Shown piece after piece: positions 7,561 to 16,860 of a stretch of 64,000 nt of DNA. The stretch comes from a bacterium (lineage in GTDB: Bacteria; Patescibacteriota; UBA1384; VFKW01). The stretch lies in NCBI GenBank assembly GCA_030647355.1, contig JAUSIS010000004.1, positions 4,066 to 68,065 of the forward strand, written 5' to 3'. Each line of letters starts with the position of its first letter. The first letter of the stretch is position 1. The notes under the pieces were generated by a model. It did not search any database. It saw only the letters and a program-made list of their open reading frames with translations, and was not told the DNA's origin. A program made the translations under genes and the position numbers.

Positions 7561-9090
7561 TTAGAGAGTGAATTGGGCTTGGCTGCGATATTGTAGAGCT
7601 TCGGCAATATGGGGGGTTTTAATCTCATTGGAATTATCAAGGTCAGCGATAGTTCGAGCTAGTTTCAATACACGATGATAGGCACGCCCGGAGAGTTGTA
7701 GTTTATTGACAGCTTGCCTAAGAAGATTGGTGGAGGTTTCATCAACTTGGCAAAATTTTTCAATTTGGCGTGTATTCATCTGGGAGTTGAGCTCGATCGG
7801 AAGACTTTCAAATCTTTGGCTTTGTATTTTACGTGCATTGGTTACACGATTTTTTATAGTCTCGGATTTAGTAGGTTCGGATTTTTCGGTCATTTTCTCA
7901 AAACTAAGACGAGGAACTTCAATGTGCAAGTCAATTCTGTCAAGCAAGGGACCGCTCAACTTTTTACGATAAAGATTAATTTGGTGAGCAGTGCATTGGC
8001 AATTTTTTTCCGGATCAGTGTAATAACCGCAAGGGCAGGGGTTCATAGCCGCTACTAACATAAAATCTGCCGGGAATCGAACCGAACTTGCTGCACGGGC
8101 AACAACCACTTCTCCTTCTTCTAGGGGCTGGCGAAGAGTTTCTAATACTGATCTGGGAAATTCTGGAAATTCATCTAAAAAAAGAACGCCATGATGAGCA
8201 AGAGATATCTCGCCGGGTTTGGGGAATTGTCCGCCGCCGACAATCGAGACATAGCTTGAAGTATGGTGAGGAGATCGAATCGGTCTTGAGATAATTAACG
8301 GATTATCTTTTGTTATTTCTCCAGCAATACTATATATGGTGGTGACGTCAAATATTTCTTTTTTTGACATATCCGGCAAAATTCCAATCAGCGCCTTAGC
8401 GAGCAGAGTTTTGCCTGATCCCGGCGGACCAGAAAAGATAATATTGTGGTGGCCAGCGGCGGCAATCTCTAAGGCTCTTTTGGCATGCTGTTGACCACGA
8501 ACATCTTCAAAGTCAACACTAGCCGGTTTATTTTTTATTAATTTTGAGATATCTGACCCTCTAAATTTGGGAATGATTTTTTCCTCTTTCAGATGAAAAA
8601 TCAAATCGTCAAGATTGGCAACTGGTATTATATTTATTCCCTCCAGGAGAGCGGCTTCTTCGGCATTATCGGATGGAAGAAAAATATTTTTAATCCCTTT
8701 CGTGATGGCCATATGGGTTACTGGCAGAATACCCGGGATTGATCGCAGGGAGCCATTTAGTGATAGTTCTCCAATAAACAGGGAGTTGGAAAGACTTGCA
8801 ACCGGAATTTGTTCGTCACTTGCCAGTAAGGCAATAGCGATCGGGAGATCATACGATGGGCCGGATTTTCTGATATTGGCAGGGGCGAGATTAATTGTAA
8901 TTCTTTTGGTGGGAAATTTGACGCCTGAATTTCTAATTGCGCTACGGATTCTTTCCTTTGATTCATCAATGGCTTTATCTGGCAATCCGACAATGGCAAA
9001 CGAGGGCAGTCCCTGACCTAAATCTGCTTCAACTTCAATTGTAGTAGTTCCAATGCCATCAATAGCTGCAGATAATACCTTGGCTAACAT
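7561..9090 (-). CDS. comM: YifB/ComM Mg-chelatase-family AAA+ ATPase
   Basis: IVGLPDKAIDESKERIR, GPPGSGKT, PHHTSS, GVLFLDEFPEF, NPCPCG, LSGPLLDRID. Confidence 0.93.
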   Translation of the reverse strand: MLAKVLSAAIDGIGTTTIEVEADLGQGLPSFAIVGLPDKAIDESKERIRSAIRNSGVKFPTKRITINLAPANIRKSGPSYDLPIAIALLASDEQIPVASLSNSLFIGELSLNGSLRSIPGILPVTHMAITKGIKNIFLPSDNAEEAALLEGINIIPVANLDDLIFHLKEEKIIPKFRGSDISKLIKNKPASVDFEDVRGQQHAKRALEIAAAGHHNIIFSGPPGSGKTLLAKALIGILPDMSKKEIFDVTTIYSIAGEITKDNPLIISRPIRSPHHTSSYVSIVGGGQFPKPGEISLAHHGVLFLDEFPEFPRSVLETLRQPLEEGEVVVARAASSVRFPADFMLVAAMNPCPCGYYTDPEKNCQCTAHQINLYRKKLSGPLLDRIDLHIEVPRLSFEKMTEKSEPTKSETIKNRVTNARKIQSQRFESLPIELNSQMNTRQIEKFCQVDETSTNLLRQAVNKLQLSGRAYHRVLKLARTIADLDNSNEIKTPHIAEALQYRSQAQFTL

Positions 9091-9104
9091 ATTCCCCCTT
9101 GAAA

Positions 9105-9767
9105 TTAAATTGAGAGAATAAAGATAAGAGCAATAGCTAGTAGAATTGCGGACCATCCAAGAAGACGGATAGCTTTTCCTTGCTTGGAAAAAGTTAGAAT
9201 CAAACCGATAATAAACACTAAGATGGAAACGGCAATGAGTAGGTAGAGTAAAACAGGTTGAATCCCCGGGGTGGATATTAGACTATCGGCAGATAAAGCA
9301 CCATAGCCAGTTTGTTGGGAAATTGCAATTCCGGCGCCTGATAAGAGAATAATTATCGAGATAATACTCGTTAAGATTCTATCGCGACTGGAAAATAATC
9401 CCATTTTATCCGGAACGTGACTGGATACTTTCGGTTGGAGGCCAAAATATTTAGCCAGATCGCCGCTTTTCATAAAAATCCCTTTACACTCCTTGCAAAC
9501 TTCCATAACTACATTATTAGGTTTGGGTTCGTTTGATTTTTCTAGAGGAATGTGACATCTCGGGCAATCCCCAGGGATTTGCTCGTTATTGGGATCGGGG
9601 AATACAGTATCTATTTCTTCAACAATTCCGGCGTCCAAACGACTTAACTCATGCTGATCGAGCCAAAAACTGCCGCAGTGAGGGCATCGAGAGACTTTCA
9701 CTATCTCATGATATTTATCAACGACTTCCATTATCTGCATTTCAGTATGGCAAGTAGGGCAAATCAT
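9105..9767 (-). CDS. Tandem zf-TFIIB-like zinc-ribbon membrane protein
   Basis: CPTC..CPHCGSFWLD..EL and CPRC..CKECKGIF..GDL, then three TM helices. Confidence 0.75.
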   Translation of the reverse strand: MICPTCHTEMQIMEVVDKYHEIVKVSRCPHCGSFWLDQHELSRLDAGIVEEIDTVFPDPNNEQIPGDCPRCHIPLEKSNEPKPNNVVMEVCKECKGIFMKSGDLAKYFGLQPKVSSHVPDKMGLFSSRDRILTSIISIIILLSGAGIAISQQTGYGALSADSLISTPGIQPVLLYLLIAVSILVFIIGLILTFSKQGKAIRLLGWSAILLAIALIFILSI

Positions 9768-9820
9768 AGTGCCTCCTAAATCGAAGAATATTCTATTTTT
9801 ATTATAACACAAGTGGGTAT

Positions 9821-10780
9821 TTACTTAGCAAGAAACTTGGCAGTCTGACTGATTGCTTGGTGTTCATTTTTGACCCATATAACGGGTGTTCTATTTTTCA
9901 ACCAGGTGAGCTGTCGGCGGGCATAGGCATGGATAGCATATTTCAATTTTTCAATCATTTCTTCCTTGCTGGGTATTTCGTTTGTTAAATAAAGAGTAAT
10001 ATATCGGTATTCTAAGCCAAAAGAGATTAACCTCTCTTTAGGAATCCCGCTATCAATAAGAGATTGTACTTCTTCAATCATACCATTTCCAATGCGGTCA
10101 TCAACGCGCTTATCAATTTTTTGATAAAGCTCCTGCCGGGGAAGATCGTTTCCGAAATATATAGTATCGAAATTTGAGCCACTCTTCTTTTGCTGATAAC
10201 TGAAGGGTATGCTCGTTGCCATTGTGACAGATAATGCTCTGATAATACGGCGGAGGTTTTGATGATTAATTTTCTCAAAACTTACTTGATCTAGCACTTT
10301 TAATTTATCAAGTATCTCACCCGATGGTAATAATTCGAGTTCTTGCCTGATAGTCAGTTCTCTTTGGTCGGTTACAGGAATTGAGAATCCTTCAACAAGG
10401 GCTTGGATATATAGATTAGTACCTCCGACAATAATTGGGATTTTCCCTCGATTGGCAAAATTATCTATAAGCGTAAGGGCTTGTTTTTGAAAATCTGCGA
10501 CAGTGTAAGTTTCCAAAGGGGTAGCGACGTCAATTAAAAATTGGGGGATACCATGGATAACACGAGCACTTTGAGGTCCGAGGTCGGGTAAATTAATAGA
10601 AACCGAATCCCCTTCCTTGCCGGTTCCTAAATCCATACCGATGTAGACCTGTCGAGAGTCAGCCGAGATAATTTCTCCATTAAAATGCTCGGCAAGTTTT
10701 ACAGCCAGAGAAGTTTTCCCGCTCGATGTAGGACCAACAACAACTATTATTTTCTTTTTTTTGCACTTTTCATTTATCAT
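9821..10780 (-). CDS. miaA: tRNA dimethylallyltransferase
   Basis: GPTSSGKT, IISADSRQVY, VGGTNLY, YARRQLTW. Confidence 0.95.
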   Translation of the reverse strand: MINEKCKKKKIIVVVGPTSSGKTSLAVKLAEHFNGEIISADSRQVYIGMDLGTGKEGDSVSINLPDLGPQSARVIHGIPQFLIDVATPLETYTVADFQKQALTLIDNFANRGKIPIIVGGTNLYIQALVEGFSIPVTDQRELTIRQELELLPSGEILDKLKVLDQVSFEKINHQNLRRIIRALSVTMATSIPFSYQQKKSGSNFDTIYFGNDLPRQELYQKIDKRVDDRIGNGMIEEVQSLIDSGIPKERLISFGLEYRYITLYLTNEIPSKEEMIEKLKYAIHAYARRQLTWLKNRTPVIWVKNEHQAISQTAKFLAK

Positions 10781-10819
10781 ATTTTTATCAACTTGCATAA
10801 AAATTACTTATTTTATACA

Positions 10820-11569
10820 ATGCCAATTATGGACGTATTAAATATAAAGAATCTTAGTAAATCTTACCACCTGAACGGAGGAGATGTCCATGTAGTTGAC
10901 CGGTTAACTCTGTCTTTAAAGAAGGGCGAGGTATTTGGTTTTTTGGGACCAAATGGAGCAGGCAAGACAACCACAATAAAGATGATAGTTGGATTGGCAT
11001 TCCCAAGCTCCGGGGAAATCAAAATCTTTGGGAAATCTAACACCGATCTTGCAACCAAGGAAAAGATTGGTTTTATGTCGGAACATCCATACTTTTATAG
11101 CTATCTAACTGGACGAGAAATGCTTGATTTTTTCGGTAAGCTTTTCCCTATTGCTCATGAAGTGAGAATTAAAAACACCAAAGAGCTCTTGGAGAAAGTA
11201 GGATTAGCGGATGCGGCAGATATACCAGTAAGAAAATATTCCAAAGGAATGAATCAGCGGCTTGGATTAGCATCTGCTTTAATAAATGATCCGAAGATAA
11301 TTTTCCTTGACGAGCCGTTGGACGGACTAGATCCGCTAGGACGGAGGCAAATTAAAGAAATCATTAAGGATTTGAAAAAAGAAGGAAAGACGGTATTTCT
11401 TAATTCACATATTCTAGCTGACGCAGAAGAAATTTGCGATCAAATCGGCATCATTGACCGAGGAAAATTAATTGCTCGAGGCGAACCAAAGAGTTTAGTA
11501 AAAGGATCAAAAAGTTTGGAAGATTTTTTTGTTAAACTAATCGAAAAAAGACGAAGAGAGGATAAATGA
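10820..11569 (+). CDS. ABC transporter ATP-binding protein
   Basis: GPNGAGKTT, YSKGMNQR, FLDEP, NSHIL. Confidence 0.92.
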   Translation: MPIMDVLNIKNLSKSYHLNGGDVHVVDRLTLSLKKGEVFGFLGPNGAGKTTTIKMIVGLAFPSSGEIKIFGKSNTDLATKEKIGFMSEHPYFYSYLTGREMLDFFGKLFPIAHEVRIKNTKELLEKVGLADAADIPVRKYSKGMNQRLGLASALINDPKIIFLDEPLDGLDPLGRRQIKEIIKDLKKEGKTVFLNSHILADAEEICDQIGIIDRGKLIARGEPKSLVKGSKSLEDFFVKLIEKRRREDK

Positions 11570-12327
11570 GAAATATCCTAGCAGTAGCACAAAATACTTT
11601 TAGAGAAACCGTCAGAGATAGAATCTTGTATGTGATTTTTGTGTTTGCCGCACTGATGATCATCGGCTCCACTTTAGCCGGCTCGATTTCACTAGATCAA
11701 GACATTAAAGTAATGAAAGACTTTGGCTTGGCGAGTATTTTTCTTTTTAGTATTTTGATGGCAGTCTTTATTGGGACCAACCTTGTATATAAAGAGCTTG
11801 ATAAACGCACAATTTTTTTACTGCTTTCCAAGCCGGTCAAGCGAAGCGATGTAATAATTGGAAAATTCTTTGGGCTGGCGGCCACTATGCTGGTGATGAT
11901 ATTGCTTATGAGTATATTTTATATAGGTTTAATTAAGTATAAAACTGGGCAATGGGATATTTTATCACTGCAAGCTATAGGATTTAATTATTTAGAAGTT
12001 TTACTTATGATTGGGTTGACCCTGATGTTTTCCACCTTCACGGCGCCGATATCGAGTGCGATTTATTCGCTTTTGTTGTTTTTAATCGGTCATAGCAGCT
12101 CAACAATTATGCACATAGTAAAGACTTCGACTGGCTTTAGTAAGTATCTTTTGGAAGCGGCATATTATGTCTTCCCTAATTTAGAGAAATTCAATATCCG
12201 AAATAATGTCGTATACGGCATCGGGGCATCGTTAGAGCAAACCCTGCTTGCTATTGCCTATAGCGCAGTTTACTGTATATTTCTTATTTATCTGGGAATT
12301 GCAATCTTGAAAAAACAGGAATTTTAG
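11566..12327 (+). CDS. ABC-2 type permease
   Basis: VAQNTFRETVRDR, KELDKRTIFLLLSKPV..GKFFG, six TM helices. Confidence 0.88.
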   Translation: MRNILAVAQNTFRETVRDRILYVIFVFAALMIIGSTLAGSISLDQDIKVMKDFGLASIFLFSILMAVFIGTNLVYKELDKRTIFLLLSKPVKRSDVIIGKFFGLAATMLVMILLMSIFYIGLIKYKTGQWDILSLQAIGFNYLEVLLMIGLTLMFSTFTAPISSAIYSLLLFLIGHSSSTIMHIVKTSTGFSKYLLEAAYYVFPNLEKFNIRNNVVYGIGASLEQTLLAIAYSAVYCIFLIYLGIAILKKQEF

Positions 12328-13185
12328 ATGAAAATTCCATTTATCTTTGCTCGCATCGCAAATTGGTTATTGGTTCTTATTATATTAGCTGGAATAATAT
12401 TGTCTCAACTATATTACGATAATTGGAAAACAGCGCTCGGGAAAAACCCAGATATTCCTTACAATATTATGATTGAGCCTCATCCCCTACCATCTGCAGT
12501 TTTAAAGAAAACTTCTTTTGGATTGGATAATCTGATCGCCGATATTATGTGGCTGCAAACTATCCAGTACTATGGCGGCGGTTTGCCTAATGAGCGTTAT
12601 AGAGAACTGCCAATTATGATAGAGACCGTGACGGATCTAGATAAAAAATTTGCTTATCCCTATTCATTTGGATTGTTGATGCTGCCAGGAGAAGGGTTTG
12701 TTAAAGATGCCATCAAGCTGGGGGATAAAGGATTGAAAATTAAGGAGATGCGCGATAATTGGGAGATTCCATATTATCTGGCGATGATCTACAGATTCAA
12801 TCTGCATGATAATAAAATGGCAGCTAAATATTTTGAGATGGCTTCAAAGATTGACGGAGCACCTGAGATGGCAGCTATAATGGCGGGAATCAATTATGAA
12901 AAAGTCAATCAGCGGTTATTAGCTTATAAACTTTATGAAGGGATCTACCAGAAGGCAAAGAATAAGCAAGTTAGAAAACGGGCTAAAGAATATATGGATC
13001 ATATAGTTTTGATGGAAGAGCTCGAGACAGCGGCTAAAATCTATAAGCAGAAATTCGGAAATTTTCCGCAGAATTTGGGGGATTTAGAAAAGGCCAAGAT
13101 AATAGATAAAATACCACCTGATCCTATTGGAAGAGGTCTGGCAATCAACCCGACAACTGGTACTATAATTGAACTGCAAAAATAA
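12328..13185 (+). CDS. Membrane-anchored TPR-like protein (PilG/XapA-like)
   Basis: N-terminal TM, ADIMWLQTIQYYG, helical repeats, pseudopilin-like tail YKQKFGNFP..L.DL....IIDKIPPDP.G. Confidence 0.55.
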   Translation: MKIPFIFARIANWLLVLIILAGIILSQLYYDNWKTALGKNPDIPYNIMIEPHPLPSAVLKKTSFGLDNLIADIMWLQTIQYYGGGLPNERYRELPIMIETVTDLDKKFAYPYSFGLLMLPGEGFVKDAIKLGDKGLKIKEMRDNWEIPYYLAMIYRFNLHDNKMAAKYFEMASKIDGAPEMAAIMAGINYEKVNQRLLAYKLYEGIYQKAKNKQVRKRAKEYMDHIVLMEELETAAKIYKQKFGNFPQNLGDLEKAKIIDKIPPDPIGRGLAINPTTGTIIELQK

Positions 13186-13205
13186 TCTAGAATATCCTGA
13201 TTCTT

Positions 13206-14171
13206 TTAAGCAGGGACGTTTTGGTTTAATTTGAGAATTGAAGCTAAAACCGGTACAATTTTTTTGAAATCGTGAAATAAAGGTCTTTTATCGTCAATTA
13301 AATTAGCTCGAATGAGTTTTATTTTTTTATATGATTGTTTGGCTGAAGTAATATTATGGACAAAACCAAGCTTACCTTCATCGCCATTGGCATGGACGAC
13401 TTTGTCATTTATTAAACAAGCGGTGATAATATCAGGGGAAGAATGACTCAAAAGGGCATCAATATGATCTTCTGTGCTGTACTTTTCGGTTTCCCCGCGT
13501 TCAGTGGAGATATTACAGACAAATACTTTCTGGGCTTTCTTATTGTCGAGGATTGCTTTGGTTATTCCCTTGATAAGTAAATTAGGGATGATACTCGTGT
13601 AGAGACTACCTGGTCCAATAATAATGAAATCGGCTGATTGGATTGCTTGAATCGCTTCTATATTTGCTTTAATTTTATCCGGCACGCAAAAAACTCTTTT
13701 AATAGGCGTACGATGTCCCATGACCGGAATATTCGATTCTCCTAAAACGACATGGCCGTTTTCAAGTTCGGCGGCAATATTAACATTGCTTAAAGTTGAA
13801 GGGATAACTTTTCCAGAAGTGGCTAAAATTTGACTGGCTTCTCTCACGGCTTGTTCAAAACTGCCGGTAATGTCGCATAGGGCGGTGAGGAAAAGATTAC
13901 CAAAGTTGTGACCGGAAAGACCACGTCCGTTGGGAAAACGATAATCAAATAATTTCGTAGCCAGTTCCTCATCATTTGACAGGGCAACAAGACATTGTCG
14001 GATATCACCCGGCGGCAGGATACCATAATCGCGCCTAAGACGACCGCTGGAAGACCCATCATCGGTCATGGTTACAATAGCAGAGATGTTAACTGGAAAG
14101 ATTCTTAGTCCCCTTAGAAGTACCGATAGACCGCTACCACCACCGATGGCGACAACATTAGGTTTTTCCAT
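13206..14171 (-). CDS. yvcK: YvcK/GlmR (UPF0052) family protein
   Basis: IGGGSGLS, DDGSSSGRLR, PPGDIRQC, GHNFGN, GPGSLYTSIIPNL. Confidence 0.92.
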   Translation of the reverse strand: MEKPNVVAIGGGSGLSVLLRGLRIFPVNISAIVTMTDDGSSSGRLRRDYGILPPGDIRQCLVALSNDEELATKLFDYRFPNGRGLSGHNFGNLFLTALCDITGSFEQAVREASQILATSGKVIPSTLSNVNIAAELENGHVVLGESNIPVMGHRTPIKRVFCVPDKIKANIEAIQAIQSADFIIIGPGSLYTSIIPNLLIKGITKAILDNKKAQKVFVCNISTERGETEKYSTEDHIDALLSHSSPDIITACLINDKVVHANGDEGKLGFVHNITSAKQSYKKIKLIRANLIDDKRPLFHDFKKIVPVLASILKLNQNVPA

Positions 14172-14293
14172 AGTCTCCTTTGATGTTCAGACTTCTGCTC
14201 GATTGCGAATTTAGTATAATTTACCATGCCTGGAAGATAAATGAAATATATACAATAACGAGAATAAATTACTATAAAAATAAAATTATGCGG

Positions 14294-14767
14294 TTACTTT
14301 TGATAAGTGACAATTTGGAAGTACGCATTTGACTGATTGTATGTCTCAAGAGAGCCCACCGAAACATCAACTGTAGCAAGTCCCAAAATATCTTTTTTGC
14401 CATTAACTGTCCAGCTGACAACAAATTTACCGTTGCGGTCTGATGTACCTGATTTGGTGCCATTATTATTAATATTACCATTAAAATAGGTTGTCTTCAT
14501 TCTGACCTCAATATTTGGAAGTGTTTCAATAGTTACCTTTTGCGGCCAATAAAGAAAAATCGGATCTTTAGTAATTATAATATTGATGGGTGTTATGATT
14601 TGCTTTGGCTGTGAGGATTTAGTGGTTACACCTAAAACTTTTCCTTGCGGAGTCTGATAGGGTGATGTGATTAAATTATCAGATCTCATATTGGATAATT
14701 GAGCAATATAAAATACGATCCCAATAAGGACTATTCCAGAAAAAAAGAAAATAAGAAAGCGTTTCAT
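14294..14767 (-). CDS. Hypothetical exported protein
   Basis: N-terminal TM, GKVLG motif, beta-rich C-terminus. Confidence 0.7.
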   Translation of the reverse strand: MKRFLIFFFSGIVLIGIVFYIAQLSNMRSDNLITSPYQTPQGKVLGVTTKSSQPKQIITPINIIITKDPIFLYWPQKVTIETLPNIEVRMKTTYFNGNINNNGTKSGTSDRNGKFVVSWTVNGKKDILGLATVDVSVGSLETYNQSNAYFQIVTYQK

Positions 14768-14781
14768 AGTTTAATAATAGA

Positions 14782-15333
14782 TCATTTGAGCAGCTTCTCA
14801 ATAGATAGATCGAGAACATCGAATTCGTTTTCGCAACCAGGGGCTTCAATGACCTTTCGAGCGCCGTTTATAGACAGAGTATGGGTTGATTTATATGCCA
14901 TAAGTATAGGGGGTTCTTGGCAGTTTGTTTCCATGATCTGCGAGTTATTGATAATAGATTTTATTTTTCTAATTCCTTTGTCACTTATCTGGATTTGCTT
15001 ATTTTCCTTTCCTTCATAAACAACAAGACCTGACTGGTGGATTACCAGTTTCTGGTAACAGTTCTCATTGCCGGTCAAGCAAGGACCAAATTCTTCATAT
15101 CTTTGATAAATAATGTCCTCTTTTGGGCGCAGGAAAAAAATTAATATTGGTATTAAGATAATTACAGCAACAACAGCCAGTATTATTAATTTTTTTCTTT
15201 TTCGATGAAGTAAGAATTTATCTGTATCAAAATCATCTTCTGTCTGGGCGGGAGTAGTTGGCTCGTTTACATTAATGGGTGAATCGGGTTGGGAATAGTT
15301 TAGGGCCTCGTCCATTTTTCCCTCCATAAACAA
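14782..15333 (-). CDS. Hypothetical single-TM protein
   Basis: Acidic N-terminus, TM helix, external domain with Cys pairs. Confidence 0.7.
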   Translation of the reverse strand: MFMEGKMDEALNYSQPDSPINVNEPTTPAQTEDDFDTDKFLLHRKRKKLIILAVVAVIILIPILIFFLRPKEDIIYQRYEEFGPCLTGNENCYQKLVIHQSGLVVYEGKENKQIQISDKGIRKIKSIINNSQIMETNCQEPPILMAYKSTHTLSINGARKVIEAPGCENEFDVLDLSIEKLLK

Positions 15334-15336
15334 TGA

Positions 15337-15795
15337 TTAGTTTCTAATTTGTGAGGCTAACTTATTTAGTATTTTATCATTAGCTCTTTTGTAATCGTTA
15401 GTACAGATATATCCTTCATATTTTTCAAAGTATTTATCTAAATTGGATTTAATTGCCTGCCAATTATCCGATTTTGTACCATGCATTGGAATAAGTTTCA
15501 CATGAGCATGATCTACCCCAAAACCTTCATAAACTAATGCAGTTCTTCCTACGTCTTTGAGCTTGGAATCCAATAATTTTCCAACTTGCTTGGCTGCTAA
15601 AGTTAAGTCGCAGAGAATTTCATCAGGTAAGTCGAAAGCATAACTTGGATAGTGATCTTTCGGTATAACGACAGAAAAACCTTCGGTATTGGGAAAAATG
15701 GAGAGGAAAGCGAGAAACTTATCATCCTCCCATATTTTATGAGAAGGCAATTTTCCAAGGGCAATCTGACAAAATATACAGTCCTCTTTATACAT
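15337..15795 (-). CDS. HIT family nucleotide hydrolase
   Basis: DCIFCQI, VVIPKDH, VDHAHVKLIP. Confidence 0.9.
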   Translation of the reverse strand: MYKEDCIFCQIALGKLPSHKIWEDDKFLAFLSIFPNTEGFSVVIPKDHYPSYAFDLPDEILCDLTLAAKQVGKLLDSKLKDVGRTALVYEGFGVDHAHVKLIPMHGTKSDNWQAIKSNLDKYFEKYEGYICTNDYKRANDKILNKLASQIRN

Positions 15796-15796
15796 T

Positions 15797-16756
15797 TTAT
15801 TTCTCCCGTGAGTGGCGTATATAACCCGAGCAGGGAATAATTTCTATCCCGGCTTTTTCCAATTTATCAACTATTAGATTGAGACCAATCGAGTCGGAAG
15901 CTATGTGTCCGGCTATCACAACATTGATGTAATGTTTAGCCGCTTCCTCCCGGCTTTTTTCTGCAATGTGCATAGCGATTTCCGTGCCTATTCCATAATG
16001 ACTCATTCTTTCATAGACTTTCTCTGAACCGCCGGTACCTCCAGTCATGCCCGATACAACTATTTTTCCCGCTCTTGATTTTTCTTCTCCGGAAAATATT
16101 ACCGGTCCTGCTTGTAATTTGATTGCCTTATTGTATTCAGGAATTTCCTTTAAGCAATCAATTATCTCCCCTACTGTTTGGGGCTTTTTATCCTGAATAT
16201 ATTGATCTACAAAATGCCAAACGCAGTTGTCTGCCGGTGTATGGACATTTAGGATAGGAATATTTAATATTTTGGCAGTATCTATCGGTTGATAATGGTT
16301 TATCGGGGCTACATCGCGAGAAACTTGCGCCAGACGCTCTTGAAGAGTGCCTTCAGCAATATTCTCAGGCATGCCGGCTTTTACTAGAACTTCAGTTTGG
16401 ATATCCATTACTTCGTGGAGCAGTGCTAAAGCTTTGCCAATTGGGTGATGGCTAACAATGAGATCAATCGGTTTGCCCATTCTCTCTAATTCTTTAGCTA
16501 ATAAAACTTCGGCGGAATCTATATCTATGCCGATAAGAATTCGTTTGATTACTTTATTAGGATCACCAAAATGAATAGCTGAATCTGAATAAGGATTAGT
16601 TAACCTATCTTTATCATACTCGGCTTTCTTTTTAGCTGTTAATTCGCTATATTCTTTTTTATTTTTGGAGAGTAACTTTTCTATACCTTGGCGGCCTCTC
16701 GGGTCATTGTCTATACCTGTTTGAATGCAAAGTTCAAAAATTTCCTGGATAGTCAT
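15797..16756 (-). CDS. NIF3 (NGG1p-interacting factor 3) family protein
   Basis: VSHHP, HTPADN, AMH, AGHIASDSIG metal-ligand motifs. Confidence 0.85.
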   Translation of the reverse strand: MTIQEIFELCIQTGIDNDPRGRQGIEKLLSKNKKEYSELTAKKKAEYDKDRLTNPYSDSAIHFGDPNKVIKRILIGIDIDSAEVLLAKELERMGKPIDLIVSHHPIGKALALLHEVMDIQTEVLVKAGMPENIAEGTLQERLAQVSRDVAPINHYQPIDTAKILNIPILNVHTPADNCVWHFVDQYIQDKKPQTVGEIIDCLKEIPEYNKAIKLQAGPVIFSGEEKSRAGKIVVSGMTGGTGGSEKVYERMSHYGIGTEIAMHIAEKSREEAAKHYINVVIAGHIASDSIGLNLIVDKLEKAGIEIIPCSGYIRHSREK

Positions 16757-16860
16757 ATTTTCCTTTCTTCTATATACTACACCATTTTTCAGAGGTAATA
16801 AAGGTAGAGTTTGCTAAATTGTGGGGTTTTTCATTATAATAGTATAGATGGAGGAAAATT

